Below, one piece after another: positions 49,866 to 62,200 of a stretch of 64,000 nt of DNA. Within the stretch, counting starts at the first letter, position 1. Each line of letters opens with the position of its first letter. The notes beneath the pieces are model-generated. The model was not told the origin of the DNA, searched no databases, and was given only the letters and a program-made list of their open reading frames with translations. Source of the DNA: Heptranchias perlo (taxonomy: Eukaryota); NCBI RefSeq assembly GCF_035084215.1, contig NC_090333.1, forward strand, positions 75,392,001 through 75,456,000. Reading direction: 5' to 3'. A program made the translations under genes and the position numbers.

Positions 49866-51812
49866 TCACTCCCCTCCACACCGACCCTGTCCCCCACTCC
49901 CCTCCACACCGACCCTGTCCCCCACTCCCCTCCACACCGACCCTGTCCCCCACTCCCCTCCACACCGACCCTGTCCCCACTCCCCTCCACACCGACCCAT
50001 CCCCCACTCCCCTCCACACCGACCCTGTCCCCCACTCCCCTCCACACCGACCCATCCCCCACTCCCCTCCACACCGACCCTGTCCCCACTCCCCTCCACA
50101 CCGACCCATCCCCCACTCCCCTCCACACCGACCCTGTCCCCACTCTCCTCCACACCGACTCATCCCCCACTCCCCTCCACACCGACCCTGTCCCCACTCC
50201 CCTCCACACCGACCCATCCCCCACTCCCCTCCACACCGACCCTGTCCCCACTCCCCTCCACACCGACCCATCCCCCACTCCCCTCCACACCGACCCTGTC
50301 CCCACTCCCCTCCACACCGACCCATCCCCCACTCCCCTCCACACCGACCCTGTCCCCACTCTCCTCCACACCGACTCATCCCCCACTCACCTCCACACCG
50401 ACCCTGTCCCCCACTCACCTCCACACCGACCCATCCCCCACTCCCCTCCACACCGACTCATCCCCCACTCCCCTCCACACCGACCCATCCCCCACTCCCC
50501 TCCACACCGACCCATCCCCCACTCCCCTCCACACCGACCCATCCCCCACTCCCCTCCACACCGACCCATCCCCCACTCCCCTCCACACCGACCCTGTCCC
50601 CCACTCCCCTCCACACCGACCCTGTCCCCCACTCCCCTCCACACCGACCCATCCCCCACTCCCCTCCACACCGACCCATCCCCCACTCCCCTCCACACCG
50701 ACTCATCCCCCACTCCCCTCCACACCGACCCTGTCCCCACTCTCCTCCACACCGACCCATCCCCCACTCCCCTCCACACCGACTCATCCCCCACTCCCCT
50801 CCACACCGACCCATCCCCCACTCCCCTCCACACCGACTCATCCCCCACTCCCCTCCACACCGACCCATCCCCCACTCCCCTCCACACCGACCCATCCCCC
50901 ACTCCCCTCCACACCGACTCATCCCCCACTCACCTCCACACCGACCCTGTCCCCACTCCCCTCCACACCGACCCATCCCCCACTCCCCTCCACACCGACT
51001 CATCCCCCACTCCCCTCCACACCGACCCATCCCCCACTCCCCTCCACACCGACCCATCCCCCACTCCCCTCCACACCGACTCATCCCCCACTCACCTCCA
51101 CACCGACCCATCCCTCACTCCCCTCCACACCGACCCATCCCCCACTCCCCTCCACACCGACTCATCCCCCACTCCCCTCCACACCGACCCATCCCCCACT
51201 CCCCTCCACACCGACCCTGTCCCCCACTCCCCTCCACACCGACTCATCCCCAACTCCCCTCCACACCGACCCTGTCCCCCACTCCCCTCCACACCGACCC
51301 TGTCCCCCACTCCACTCCACACCGACCCTGTCCCCACTCCACACCGACCCTGTCCCCCACTCCCCTCCACACCGACCCTGTCCCCCACTCCCCTCCACAC
51401 CGACCCTGTCCCCCACTCCCCTCCACACCGACCCTGTCCCCCACTCCCCTCCACACCGACCCTGTCCCCCACTCCCCTCCACACCGACCCTGTCCCCCAC
51501 TCCCCTCCACACCGACCCATCCCCCACTCCCCTCCACACCGACCCTGTCCCCCACTCCCCTCCACACCGACCCTGTCTCCCACTCCCCTCCACACCGACC
51601 CTGTCCCCCACTCCCCTCCACACCGACCCATCCCCCACTCCCCTCCACACCGACCCTGTCCCCCACTCCCCTCCACACCGACTCATCCCCCACTCCCCTC
51701 CACACCGACCCTGTCCCCCACTCCCCTCCACACCGACTCATCCCCCACTCCACTCCACACCGACCCTGTCCCCACTCCCCTCCACACCGACCCTGTCCCC
51801 ATTCCCCTCCAC
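49866..51812. repeat. 27-28-bp C-rich minisatellite array (~70 units) with degenerate tail to ~51960
   Basis: Units ACTCCCCTCCACACCGACCCTGTCCCCC (28) and ACTCCCCTCCACACCGAC(C/T)CATCCCCC (27). Confidence 0.97.
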
Positions 51813-52345
51813 ATTGGCCCTATCCCCTTTCCCCTCTACACTGACCTTGTCCCCCATCCCTCTGCTCACTCTTCCACCCACCCTTCGCGCTGTCTCTGCC
51901 CCCCCTCCCCATCTCCATACCTCTGTCCCCATTCCACTGTCTCTGCCTCCCCTCGAAGCCCCTCCACAGCGACCCTGCTCCCCACATCACACTGAATGGC
52001 CCTGATACACATTTCAAGCTCCTGTCGGTGGCCAGTGATGCAGTGTTCATACGTTTATGTTCAGCTGGTAGATAAACTCCTTCAATGGACCTGAAGGGAC
52101 CTGATAAATCCTGACACTTTCAGCTCACGGTGAATTCCCCAATAATCTTTTCGAAGAAGATCTGCCGCACTTTTTCAAATAGGGACGGATTATCAACAGT
52201 GTTTAAATAAAAAAAAAATCTCTCTCCAAATCAGCACCATTTTCTCGATCTGCATTAACCGTGCTGTCTGTGGGCCTCCTCATATTCAAACAGGCAATCA
52301 GGAAAGATACAAGACTTGCCTTTCTAGCGCCTCTCAGAGACGACA

Positions 52346-52819
52346 CAAAAAAAAACAAAGACTTGCATTTATATCGCGCCTTTCATGACCTCAGGACATC
52401 ACAAAGCCCTTTACAGCCAATTAAGTACTTTTTGAAGTGTAGTCACTGTTGTAAGGTAGGAAACGCGGCAGCCAATTTGCGCACAGCAAGATCCCACAAA
52501 CAGCAATGAGATAATGACCAGATAATCCGTTTTTAGTGAAGTTGGTTGAGGGTTAAATATTGGCCAGGACACCGGGGAGAACTCCCCTGCTCTTCTTCGA
52601 AATAGTGCCACAGGATCTTTTACGTCCACCTGAGAGGGCAGTCGGGGGTTCGGTTTGACATCTCATCCGAAAGACGGCACCTCTGACCATGCAGCACTCC
52701 CTCAGGACTGCACTGGAGCGTCAGCCTGGATTACGTGCTCAAGTCTCTGGAGCAGGACTTGAATCCACAACCTTCTAACTCAGAGGCGAGAGTGCTACCC
52801 ACTGAACCACATCTGATAC
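52346..52819 (-). mobile_element. Full-length tRNA-headed DeuSINE-like SINE (SacSINE1/AmnSINE1-related)
   Basis: On the minus strand: A-box-like TGGTTCAGTGG and B-box-like GATTCAAGTCC, central Deu-like domain (gaagagcaggggagttctccccggtgtcctggccaatattta), and 3' tail ...gatataaatgcaagtcttt plus a T-rich run. Confidence 0.88.
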
Positions 52820-53298
52820 CTTGTCTCTTTACATATAACGAATTACACGATGATCTTCATTTAAGCAGAATCTTATCTTTTAGAAGTTCACAAATTAAAA
52901 TCAAGCTGCGGCAGCCCATCGGTTCATTGCTGTCTTGGATTGTCCCGATGGACGGTGTTGTAATTAGAAACAGCTTAGCCCGTTGTGAGCAATTCCAGGC
53001 ATCCACTTAGTCCTGTCTCTTCACTGTGCGATGACACTTCACCTGACTTAGTGCGCAGCACAGAAATTAATTCACAAAGGAACAGATGGTCTGGGACAAC
53101 AAGCAGCCACATGATCCCAAGCTGGTTTAAGCCCAGAAGCAACGACAGATCCTGTACACCTCTACGGTTCTCCCTCTTTACTTTGGATTCTGTAATATAT
53201 ACAGGATCCCATCAGAATTCCTTCTGTTACACTAAATACAGGAGAGATTTACAATACCAGAGTAATGTAATCCCACAATTGCAAATATTTATCAAAAT

Positions 53299-56200
53299 GG
53301 ATTGTCAGTGTTGGAATACAGGGATTGTCAGTGTTGGGAACATGGGGATTGTCAGTATTGGGAACACAGGAATTGTAAGTATTGGGAACAGAGGGATTGA
53401 CTGTATTGGGAACACAGGGATTGTCAGTATTGGGAACACAGCGATTGATGGTATTGGGAACACAGGAATTGTCAGTATTGGGAACACAGGGATTGACAGT
53501 ATTGGGAACACGGCGATTGTCAGTATTGGGAACACGGGGATTGTCAGTATTGGGAACGCGGGGATTGTCAGTATTGGGAACACGGGGATTGTCAGTATTG
53601 GGAACACAAGGATTGATGGTATTGGGTTGACAGGGATTGTCAGTATTGGGAACACAGGGATTGACGGTATTGGGAACACAGGGATTGACGGTATTGGGAA
53701 CACAGGGATTGTCAGTATTGGGAACACAGGGATTGACGGTATTGGGAACACAGGGATTGACGGTATTGGGAACACAGGGATTGATGGTATTGGGAACACA
53801 GGGATTGACGGTATTGGGAACACAGGGATTGTCCGTATTGGGAACACAGGGATTGTCAGTATTGGGAACACAGGGACTGACAGTATTGGCAACACGTAGA
53901 TTGTCAGTATTGGGAACACAGGGATTGTCAGTATTGGGAACACAGGGATTGTCAGTATTGGGAACATGGGGATTGTCAGTATTGGGAACATGGGGATTGT
54001 CAGTATTGGAAACACGGGGATTGTCAGTATTGGGAACACGGGGATTGTCAGTATTTGGAACACGTGGATGATCAGTATTAGGAACACAAGGGTTGTCTGT
54101 ATTGGGAACACAAGGATTGACAGCATTGGGAACACAGGGATTGACAGCATTGGGAACACAGGGATTGTCAGTATTGGGAACACAGGGATCGTCAGTATTG
54201 GGAACACAAGGATTGACAGTATTGGGAATACAGGGATTGTCAGTATTGGGAACACAGTGATTGACAGCATTGGGAACACAAGGATTGTCAGTATTGGGAA
54301 TACAGGGATCGTCAGTATTGGGAACACAGGGATTGTCAGTATTGGGAACAAAGGGATTGACGGTATTGGGAACACAGGGATTGTCAGTATTGGGAACATG
54401 GGGATTGTCAGTATTGGGAACATGGGGATTGTCAGTATTGGGAACACGGGGATTGTCAGTTTTGAGAATACAGGGATTGTCAGTATTTGAACATGGGGAT
54501 CATCAGTATTTGGAACACGGGGATGATCAGTATTGGGAACACAGTGATTGACAGCATTGGGAACACAAGGATTGACAGCATTGGGAACACAGGGATTGTC
54601 AGCTTGGGAACACAGGGATTGTCAGTATTGGGAACACAGGGATTGTCAGCTTGGGAACACAGGGATTGTCAGTATTGGGAACACAGGGATTGACAGCATT
54701 GGGAACACAAGGATTGACAGCATTGGGAACACAGGGATTGTCAGTTTGGGAACATAGGGATTGTCAGTATTGGGAACACAAGGATTGTCAGTATTGGGAA
54801 CACAGGGATTGTCAGTATTGGGAACACAGGGATTGACAGCATTGGGAACACAGGGATTGTCAGTATTGGGAACACAGCGATTGACAGTATTGGCAACACA
54901 GGGATTGACAGTATTGGGAACACAGGGATTGTCAGTATTGGGAACACAGGGATTGACAGCATTGGGAACATGGGGATTGACATTATTGGGAACACAGGCA
55001 TTGACAGTATTGGGAACACAGGGATTGACAGTATTGGGAAAATGGGGATTGTCAGCATTGGGAACACAGGGATCGTCAGTATTGGGAACACAGGGATTGT
55101 CAGTATTGGGAACACAGGGATTGTCAGTATTGGGAACACAGCGATTGACAGCATTGGGAACACAGGGATTGTCAGTATTGGGAACACGGGGATTGACGGT
55201 ATTAGGAACAGAGGGATTGTCAGTATTGGGAACACAGGGATTGACAGTATTGGGAACACAGCGATTGACAGCATTGGGAACACAGGGATTGTCAGTATTG
55301 GGAACACGGGGATTGACGGTATTGGGAACAGAGGGATTGTCAGTATTGGGAACACAAGGATTGTCAGTATTGGGAACACAGGGATTGACAGCATTGGGAA
55401 CACAGGGATTGTCAGTATTGGGAACACAGCGATTGACAGTATTGGCAACACAGGGATTGACAGTATTGGCAACACAGGGATTGTCAGTATTGGGAACACA
55501 GGGATTGACAGCATTGGGAACACGGGGATTGACATTATTGGGAACACAGGCATTGACAGTATTGGGAACACAGGGATTGACAGCATTGGGAAAATGGGGA
55601 TTGTCAGCATTGGGAACACAGGGATCATCAGTATTGGGAACATAGGGATTGTCAGTATTGGGAACACAGGGATTGTCAGTATTGGGAACACAGGGATTGA
55701 CAGTATTGGGAAAATGGGGATTGTCAGCATTGGGAACACAGGGATTGTCAGTATTGGGAACACAGCGATTGACAGTATTGGCAACACAGGGATTGACAGT
55801 ATTGGGAACACAGGGATTGTCAGTATTGGGAACACATGGATTGACAGCATTGGGAACACGGGGATTGACATTATTGGGAACACAGGCATTGACAGTATTG
55901 GGAACACAGGGATTGACAGTATTGGGAAAATGGGGATTGTCAGCATTGGGAACACAGGGATCGTCAGTATTGGGAACACAGGGATTGTCAGTATTGGGAA
56001 CACAGCGATTGACAGCATTGGGAACACAGGGATTGTCAGTATTGGGAACACAGGGTTTGACGGTATTGGGAACATGGGGATTGTCAGTATTGGGAACATG
56101 GGGATTGTCAGTATTGGGAATACAGGGATTGTCAGTATTTGGAACACGGGGATGATCAGTATTCGGAACACAAGGATTGACAGTATTGGGAACACAGGGA

Positions 56201-59200
56201 TTGTCAGTATTGGGAACACAGGGATTGACAGCATTGGGAACACGGGGATTGACATTATTGGGAACACAGGCAGTGACAGTATTGGGAACACAGGGATTGA
56301 CAGCATTGGGAAAATGGGGATTGTCAGCATTGGGAACACAGGGATCATCAGTATTGGGAACACAGGGATTGTCAGTATTGGGAACACAGGGATTGTCAGT
56401 ATTGGGAACACAGGGATTGACAGTATTGGGAAAATGGGGATTGTCAGCATTGGGAACACAGGGATTGTCAGTATTGGGAACACAGCGATTGACAGTATTG
56501 GCAACACAGGGATTGACAGTATTGGGAACACAGGGATTGTCAGTATTGGGAACACAGGGATTGACAGCATTGGGAACACAAGGATTGACAGCATTGGGAA
56601 CACAGGGATTGTCAGTTTGGGAACATAGGGATTGTCAGTATTGGGAACACAAGGATTGTCAGTATTGGGAACACAGGGATTGTCAGTATTGGGAACACAG
56701 GGATTGACAGCATTGGGAACACAGGGATTGTCAGTATTGGGAACACAGCGATTGACAGTATTGGCAACACAGGGATTGACAGTATTGGGAACACAGGGAT
56801 TGTCAGTATTGGGAACAAAGGGATTGACGGTATTGGGAACACAGGGATTGTCAGTATTGGGAACATGGGGATTGTCAGTATTGGGAACATGGGGATTGTC
56901 AGTATTGGGAACACGGGGATTGTCAGTTTTGGGAATACAGGGATTGTCAGTATTTGAACATGGGGATCATCAGTATTTGGAACACGGGGATGATCAGTAT
57001 TGGGAACACAGGGATTGTCAGTATTGGGAACACAGTGATTGACAGCATTGGGAACACAAGGATTGACAGCATTGGGAACACAGGGATTGTCAGCTTGGGA
57101 ACACAGGGATTGTCAGTATTGGGAACACAGGGATTGTCAGCTTGGGAACACAGGGATTGTCAGTATTGGGAACACAGGGATTGACAGCATTGGGAACACA
57201 AGGATTGACAGCATTGGGAACACAGGGATTGTCAGTTTGGGAACATAGGGATTGTCAGTATTGGGAACACAAGGATTGTCAGTATTGGGAACACAGGGAT
57301 TGTCAGTATTGGGAACACAGCGATTGACAGTATTGGCAACACAGGGATTGACAGTATTGGGAACACAGGGATTGTCAGTATTGGGAACACAGGGATTGAC
57401 AGCATTGGGAACACGGGGATTGACATTATTGGGAACACAGGCATTGACAGTATTGGGAACACAGGGATTGACAGTATTGGGAAAATGGGGATTGTCAGCA
57501 TTGGGAACACAGGGATCGTCAGTATTGGGAACACAGGGATTGTCAGTATTGGGAACACAGGGATTGTCAGTATTGGGAACACAGCGATTGACAGCATTGG
57601 GAACACAGGGATTGTCAGTATTGGGAACACGGGGATTGACGGTATTAGGAACAGAGGGATTGTCAGTATTGGGAACACAGGGATTGACAGCATTGGGAAC
57701 ACAGGGATTGTCAGCTTGGGAACACAGGGATTGTCAGTATTGGGAACACAGGGATTGTCAGCTTGGGAACACAGGGATTGTCAGTATTGGGAACACAGGG
57801 ATTGACAGCATTGGGAACACAAGGATTGACAGCATTGGGAACACAGGGATTGTCAGTTTGGAAACATAGGGATTGTCAGTATTGGGAACACAGGGATTGA
57901 CAGCATTGGGAACACAGGGATTGTCAGTATTGGGAACACAGCGATTGACAGTATTGGCAACACAGGGATTGACAGTATTGGGAACACAGGGATTGTCAGT
58001 ATTGGGAACACAGGGATTGACAGCATTGGGAACACGGGGATTGACATTATTGGGAACACAGGCATTGACAGTATTGGGAACACAGGGATTGACAGTATTG
58101 GGAAAATGGGGATTGTCAGCATTGGGAACACAGGGATCGTCAGTATTGGGAACACAGGGATTGTCAGTATTGGGAACACAGGGATTGTCAGTATTGGGAA
58201 CACAGCGATTGACAGCATTGGGAACACAGGGATTGTCAGTATTGGGAACACGGGGATTGACGGTATTAGGAACAGAGGGATTGTCATATTGGGAACACAG
58301 GGATTGACAGTATTGGGAACACAGCGATTGACAGCATTGGGAACACAGGGATTGTCAGTATTGGGAACACAGGGATTGACAGCATTGGGAACACAGGGAT
58401 TGTCAGTATTGGGAACACAGCGATTGACAGTATTGGGAACACAGGGATTGTCAGTATTGGGAACACAGGGATTGACAGCATTGGGAACACGGGGATTGAC
58501 ATTATTGGAAACACAGGCATTGACAGTATTGGGAACACAGGGATTGACAGCATTGGGAAAATGGGGATTGTCAGCATTGGGAACACAGGGATCATCAGTA
58601 TTGGGAACACAGGGATTGTCAGTATTGGGAACACAGGGATTGTCAGTATTGGGAACACAGGGATTGACAGTATTGGGAAAATGGGGATTGTCAGCATTGG
58701 GAACACAGGGATTGTCAGTATTGGGAACACAGCGATTGACAGTATTGGCAACACAGGGATTGACAGTATTGGGAACACAGGGATTGTCAGTATTGGGAAC
58801 ACAGGGATTGACAGCATTGGGAACACAAGGATTGACAGCATTGGGAACACAGGGATTGTCAGTTTGGGAATATAGGGATTGTCAGTATTGGGAACACAAG
58901 GATTGTCAGTATTGGGAACACAGGGATTGTCAGTATTGGGAACACAGGGATTGACAGCATTGGGAACACAGGGATTGTCAGTATTGGGAACACAGCGATT
59001 GACAGTATTGGCAACACAGGGATTGACAGTATTGGGAACACAGGGATTGTCAGTATTGGGAACACAGGGATTGACAGCATTGGGAACACGGGGATTGACA
59101 TTATTGGGAACACAGGCATTGACAGTATTGGGAACACAGGGATTGACAGTATTGGGAAAATGGGGATTGTCAGCATTGGGAACACAGGGATCGTCAGTAT

Positions 59201-62200
59201 TGGGAACACAGGGATTGTCAGTATTGGGAACACAGGGATTGTCAGTATTGGGAACACAGCGATTGACAGCATTGGGAACACAGGGATTGTCAGTATTGGG
59301 AACACGGGGATTGACGGTATTAGGAACAGAGGGATTGTCAGTATTGGGAACACAGGGATTGACAGTATTGGGAACACAGCGATTGACAGCATTGGGAACA
59401 CAGGGATTGTCAGTATTGGGAACACGGGGATTGACGGTATTGGGAACAGAGGGATTGTCAGTATTGGGAACACAAGGATTGTCAGTATTGGGAACACAGG
59501 GATTGACAGCATTGGGAACACAGGGATTGTCAGTATTGGGAACACAGCGATTGACAGTATTGGCAACACAGGGATTGACAGTATTGGGAACACAGGGATT
59601 GTCAGTATTGAGAACACAGGGATTGACAGCATTGGGAACACGGGGATTGACATTATTGGGAACACAGGCATTGACAGTATTGGGAACACAGGGATTGACA
59701 GCATTGGGAAAATGGGGATTGTCAGCATTGGGAACACAGGGATCATCAGTATTGGGAACACAGGGATTGTCAGTATTGGGAACACAGGGATTGTCAGTAT
59801 TGGGAACACAGGGATTGACAGTATTTGGAAAATGGGGATTGTCAGCATTGGGAACACAGGGATTGTCAGTATTGGGAACACAGCGATTGACAGTATTGGC
59901 AACACAGGGATTGACAGTATTGGGAACACAGGGATTGTCAGTATTGGGAACACATGGATTGACAGCATTGGGAACACGGGGATTGACATTATTGGGAACA
60001 CAGGCATTGACAGTATTGGGAACACAGGGATTGACAGTATTGGGAAAATGGGGATTGTCAGCATTGGGAACACAGGGATCGTCAGTATTGGGAACACAGG
60101 GATTGTCAGTATTGGGAACACAGCGATTGACAGCATTGGGAACACAGGGATTGTCAGTATTGGGAACACAGGGTTTGACGGTATTGGGAACATGGGGATT
60201 GTCAGTATTGGGAACATGGGGATTGTCAGTATTGGGAATACAGGGATTGTCAGTATTTGGAACACGGGGATGATCAGTATTCGGAACACAAGGATTGACA
60301 GTATTGGGAATACAGGGATTGTCAGTATTTGGAACACATTGATTCACAGCATTGGGAACACCAGGATTGTCAGTATTGGGAATACAGGGATTGTCAGTAT
60401 TGGGAACACAAGGATTGTCAGTATTGGGAATACAGGGATCGTCAGTATTGGGAACACAGGGATTGTCAGTATTGGGAACACAGTGATTAACAGCATTGGG
60501 AACACAAGGACTGACAGCATTGGGAACACAGGGATTGTCAGTTTGGGAACACAGTGATTGTCAGTATTGGGAACACAACGATTGACAGCATTGGGAACAC
60601 AGGGATTGGCAGCATTTGGAACACAGGGATTGGCAGCATTGGGAACACAGGGATTGTCAGTATTGGGAACACAGGGATTGTCAGTATTGGGAACACAAGG
60701 ATTGACAGTATTGGGAATACAGGGATTGTCAGTATTTGAAACACATTGATTCACAGCATTGGGAACACCAGGATTGTCAGTATTGGGAATACAGGGATCG
60801 TCAGTATTGGGAACACAGGGATTGTCAGTATTGGGAACACAAGAATTGTCAGTATTGGGAATACAGGGATCGTCAGTATTGGGAACACAGGGATTGTCAG
60901 TATTGGGAACACAGTGATTAACAGCATTGGGAACACAAGGATTGACAGCATTGCGAACACAGGGATTGTCAGTTTGGGAACACAGGGATTGACAGCATTG
61001 GGAACACAGGGATTGACAGTATTGGGAACACAGGGATTGTCAGTATTGGGAACACAGGCAATGTCAGTATTGGGAACATAGGGATTGACAGTATTGGGAA
61101 CACAGGGATTGACAGCATGGGAACACAGGGATTGTCAGTATTGGGAACACAGGGATTGTCAGCATTGGGAACACAGGGATTGTCAGTGTTGGGAACACAG
61201 GGATTGTCACTATTGGGATCACAGGGATTGATGGTATTGGGAACACAGGGACAGACAGTATTGGGAACACAGGGATTGACAGTATTGGGAAAATGGGGAT
61301 TGTCAGCATTGGGAACACAGGGATCGTCAGTATTGGGAACACAGGGATTGTCCGTATTGGGAACGCAGGTATTGTCAGTATTGGGAACACAAGGATTGTC
61401 AGTATTGGGAATACAGGGATTGTCAGTATTGGGAACACAGGGATTGTCCGTATTGGGAACACAGGGATTGTCAGCATTGGGAACACAGGGATTGTCAGTA
61501 TTGGAACACGGGGATTGTCAGTATTGGGAACACGGGGATTGACAGTATTGGGAACACAGTGATTGTCAGTTTGGGAACAGAGGGATTGTCAGCATTGGGA
61601 ACACAGGGATTGACAGTATTGGGAAAATGGGGATTGTCGGCATTGGGAACACAGGGATTGCCAGTATTGTGTACACAGGGATTGACAGTATTGGGAAAAT
61701 GGGGATTGTCGTCATTGGGAACACAGGGATTGACAGTATTGGGAACATGGGGATTGACAGTATTGGGAAAATGGGGATTGTCAGCATTGGGAACACAGGG
61801 ATCGTCAGTATTGGGAACACAGGGATCGTCAGTATTGGGAACACAGGGATTGTCAGTATTGGGAACACAGGGATTGACAGTATTGGGAACACAGGCATTG
61901 ACAGTATTGGGAACACAGGGATTGTCCGTATTGGGAACGCAGGGATTGTCAGTATTGGGAACATGTGGATTGACAGTATTGGGAACACAGGGATTGATGG
62001 TATTGGGAACGCAGTGATTGTCAGTATTGGGAACACAGGGATTGTCCGTATTGGGAACACGGAGATTGTCAGTATTGGGAACACAAGGATTGTCCATATT
62101 GGGAACACAGGGATTGACAGTATTGGGAACACAAGGATTGACAGTATTGGGAACACAGGGATTGACAGTATTGGGAAAATGGGGATTGTCAGCATTGGGA

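Noticed and set aside
33832-51932. Dozens of ORFs (MGVRDSV..., GDRVGVEGS...) as proteins
   Set aside because: These are translations of 27/28-bp repeats with constant frame changes, and show no coding signature.
52308-52345. Short second copy of the SINE tail (aagacttgcctttctagcgcc) as a separate element
   Set aside because: Too short and degenerate to distinguish from an older SINE tail or a local duplication.
52750-52819. tRNA gene
   Set aside because: It is the tRNA-derived head of the SINE, continuous with the SINE body, and has no complete cloverleaf.
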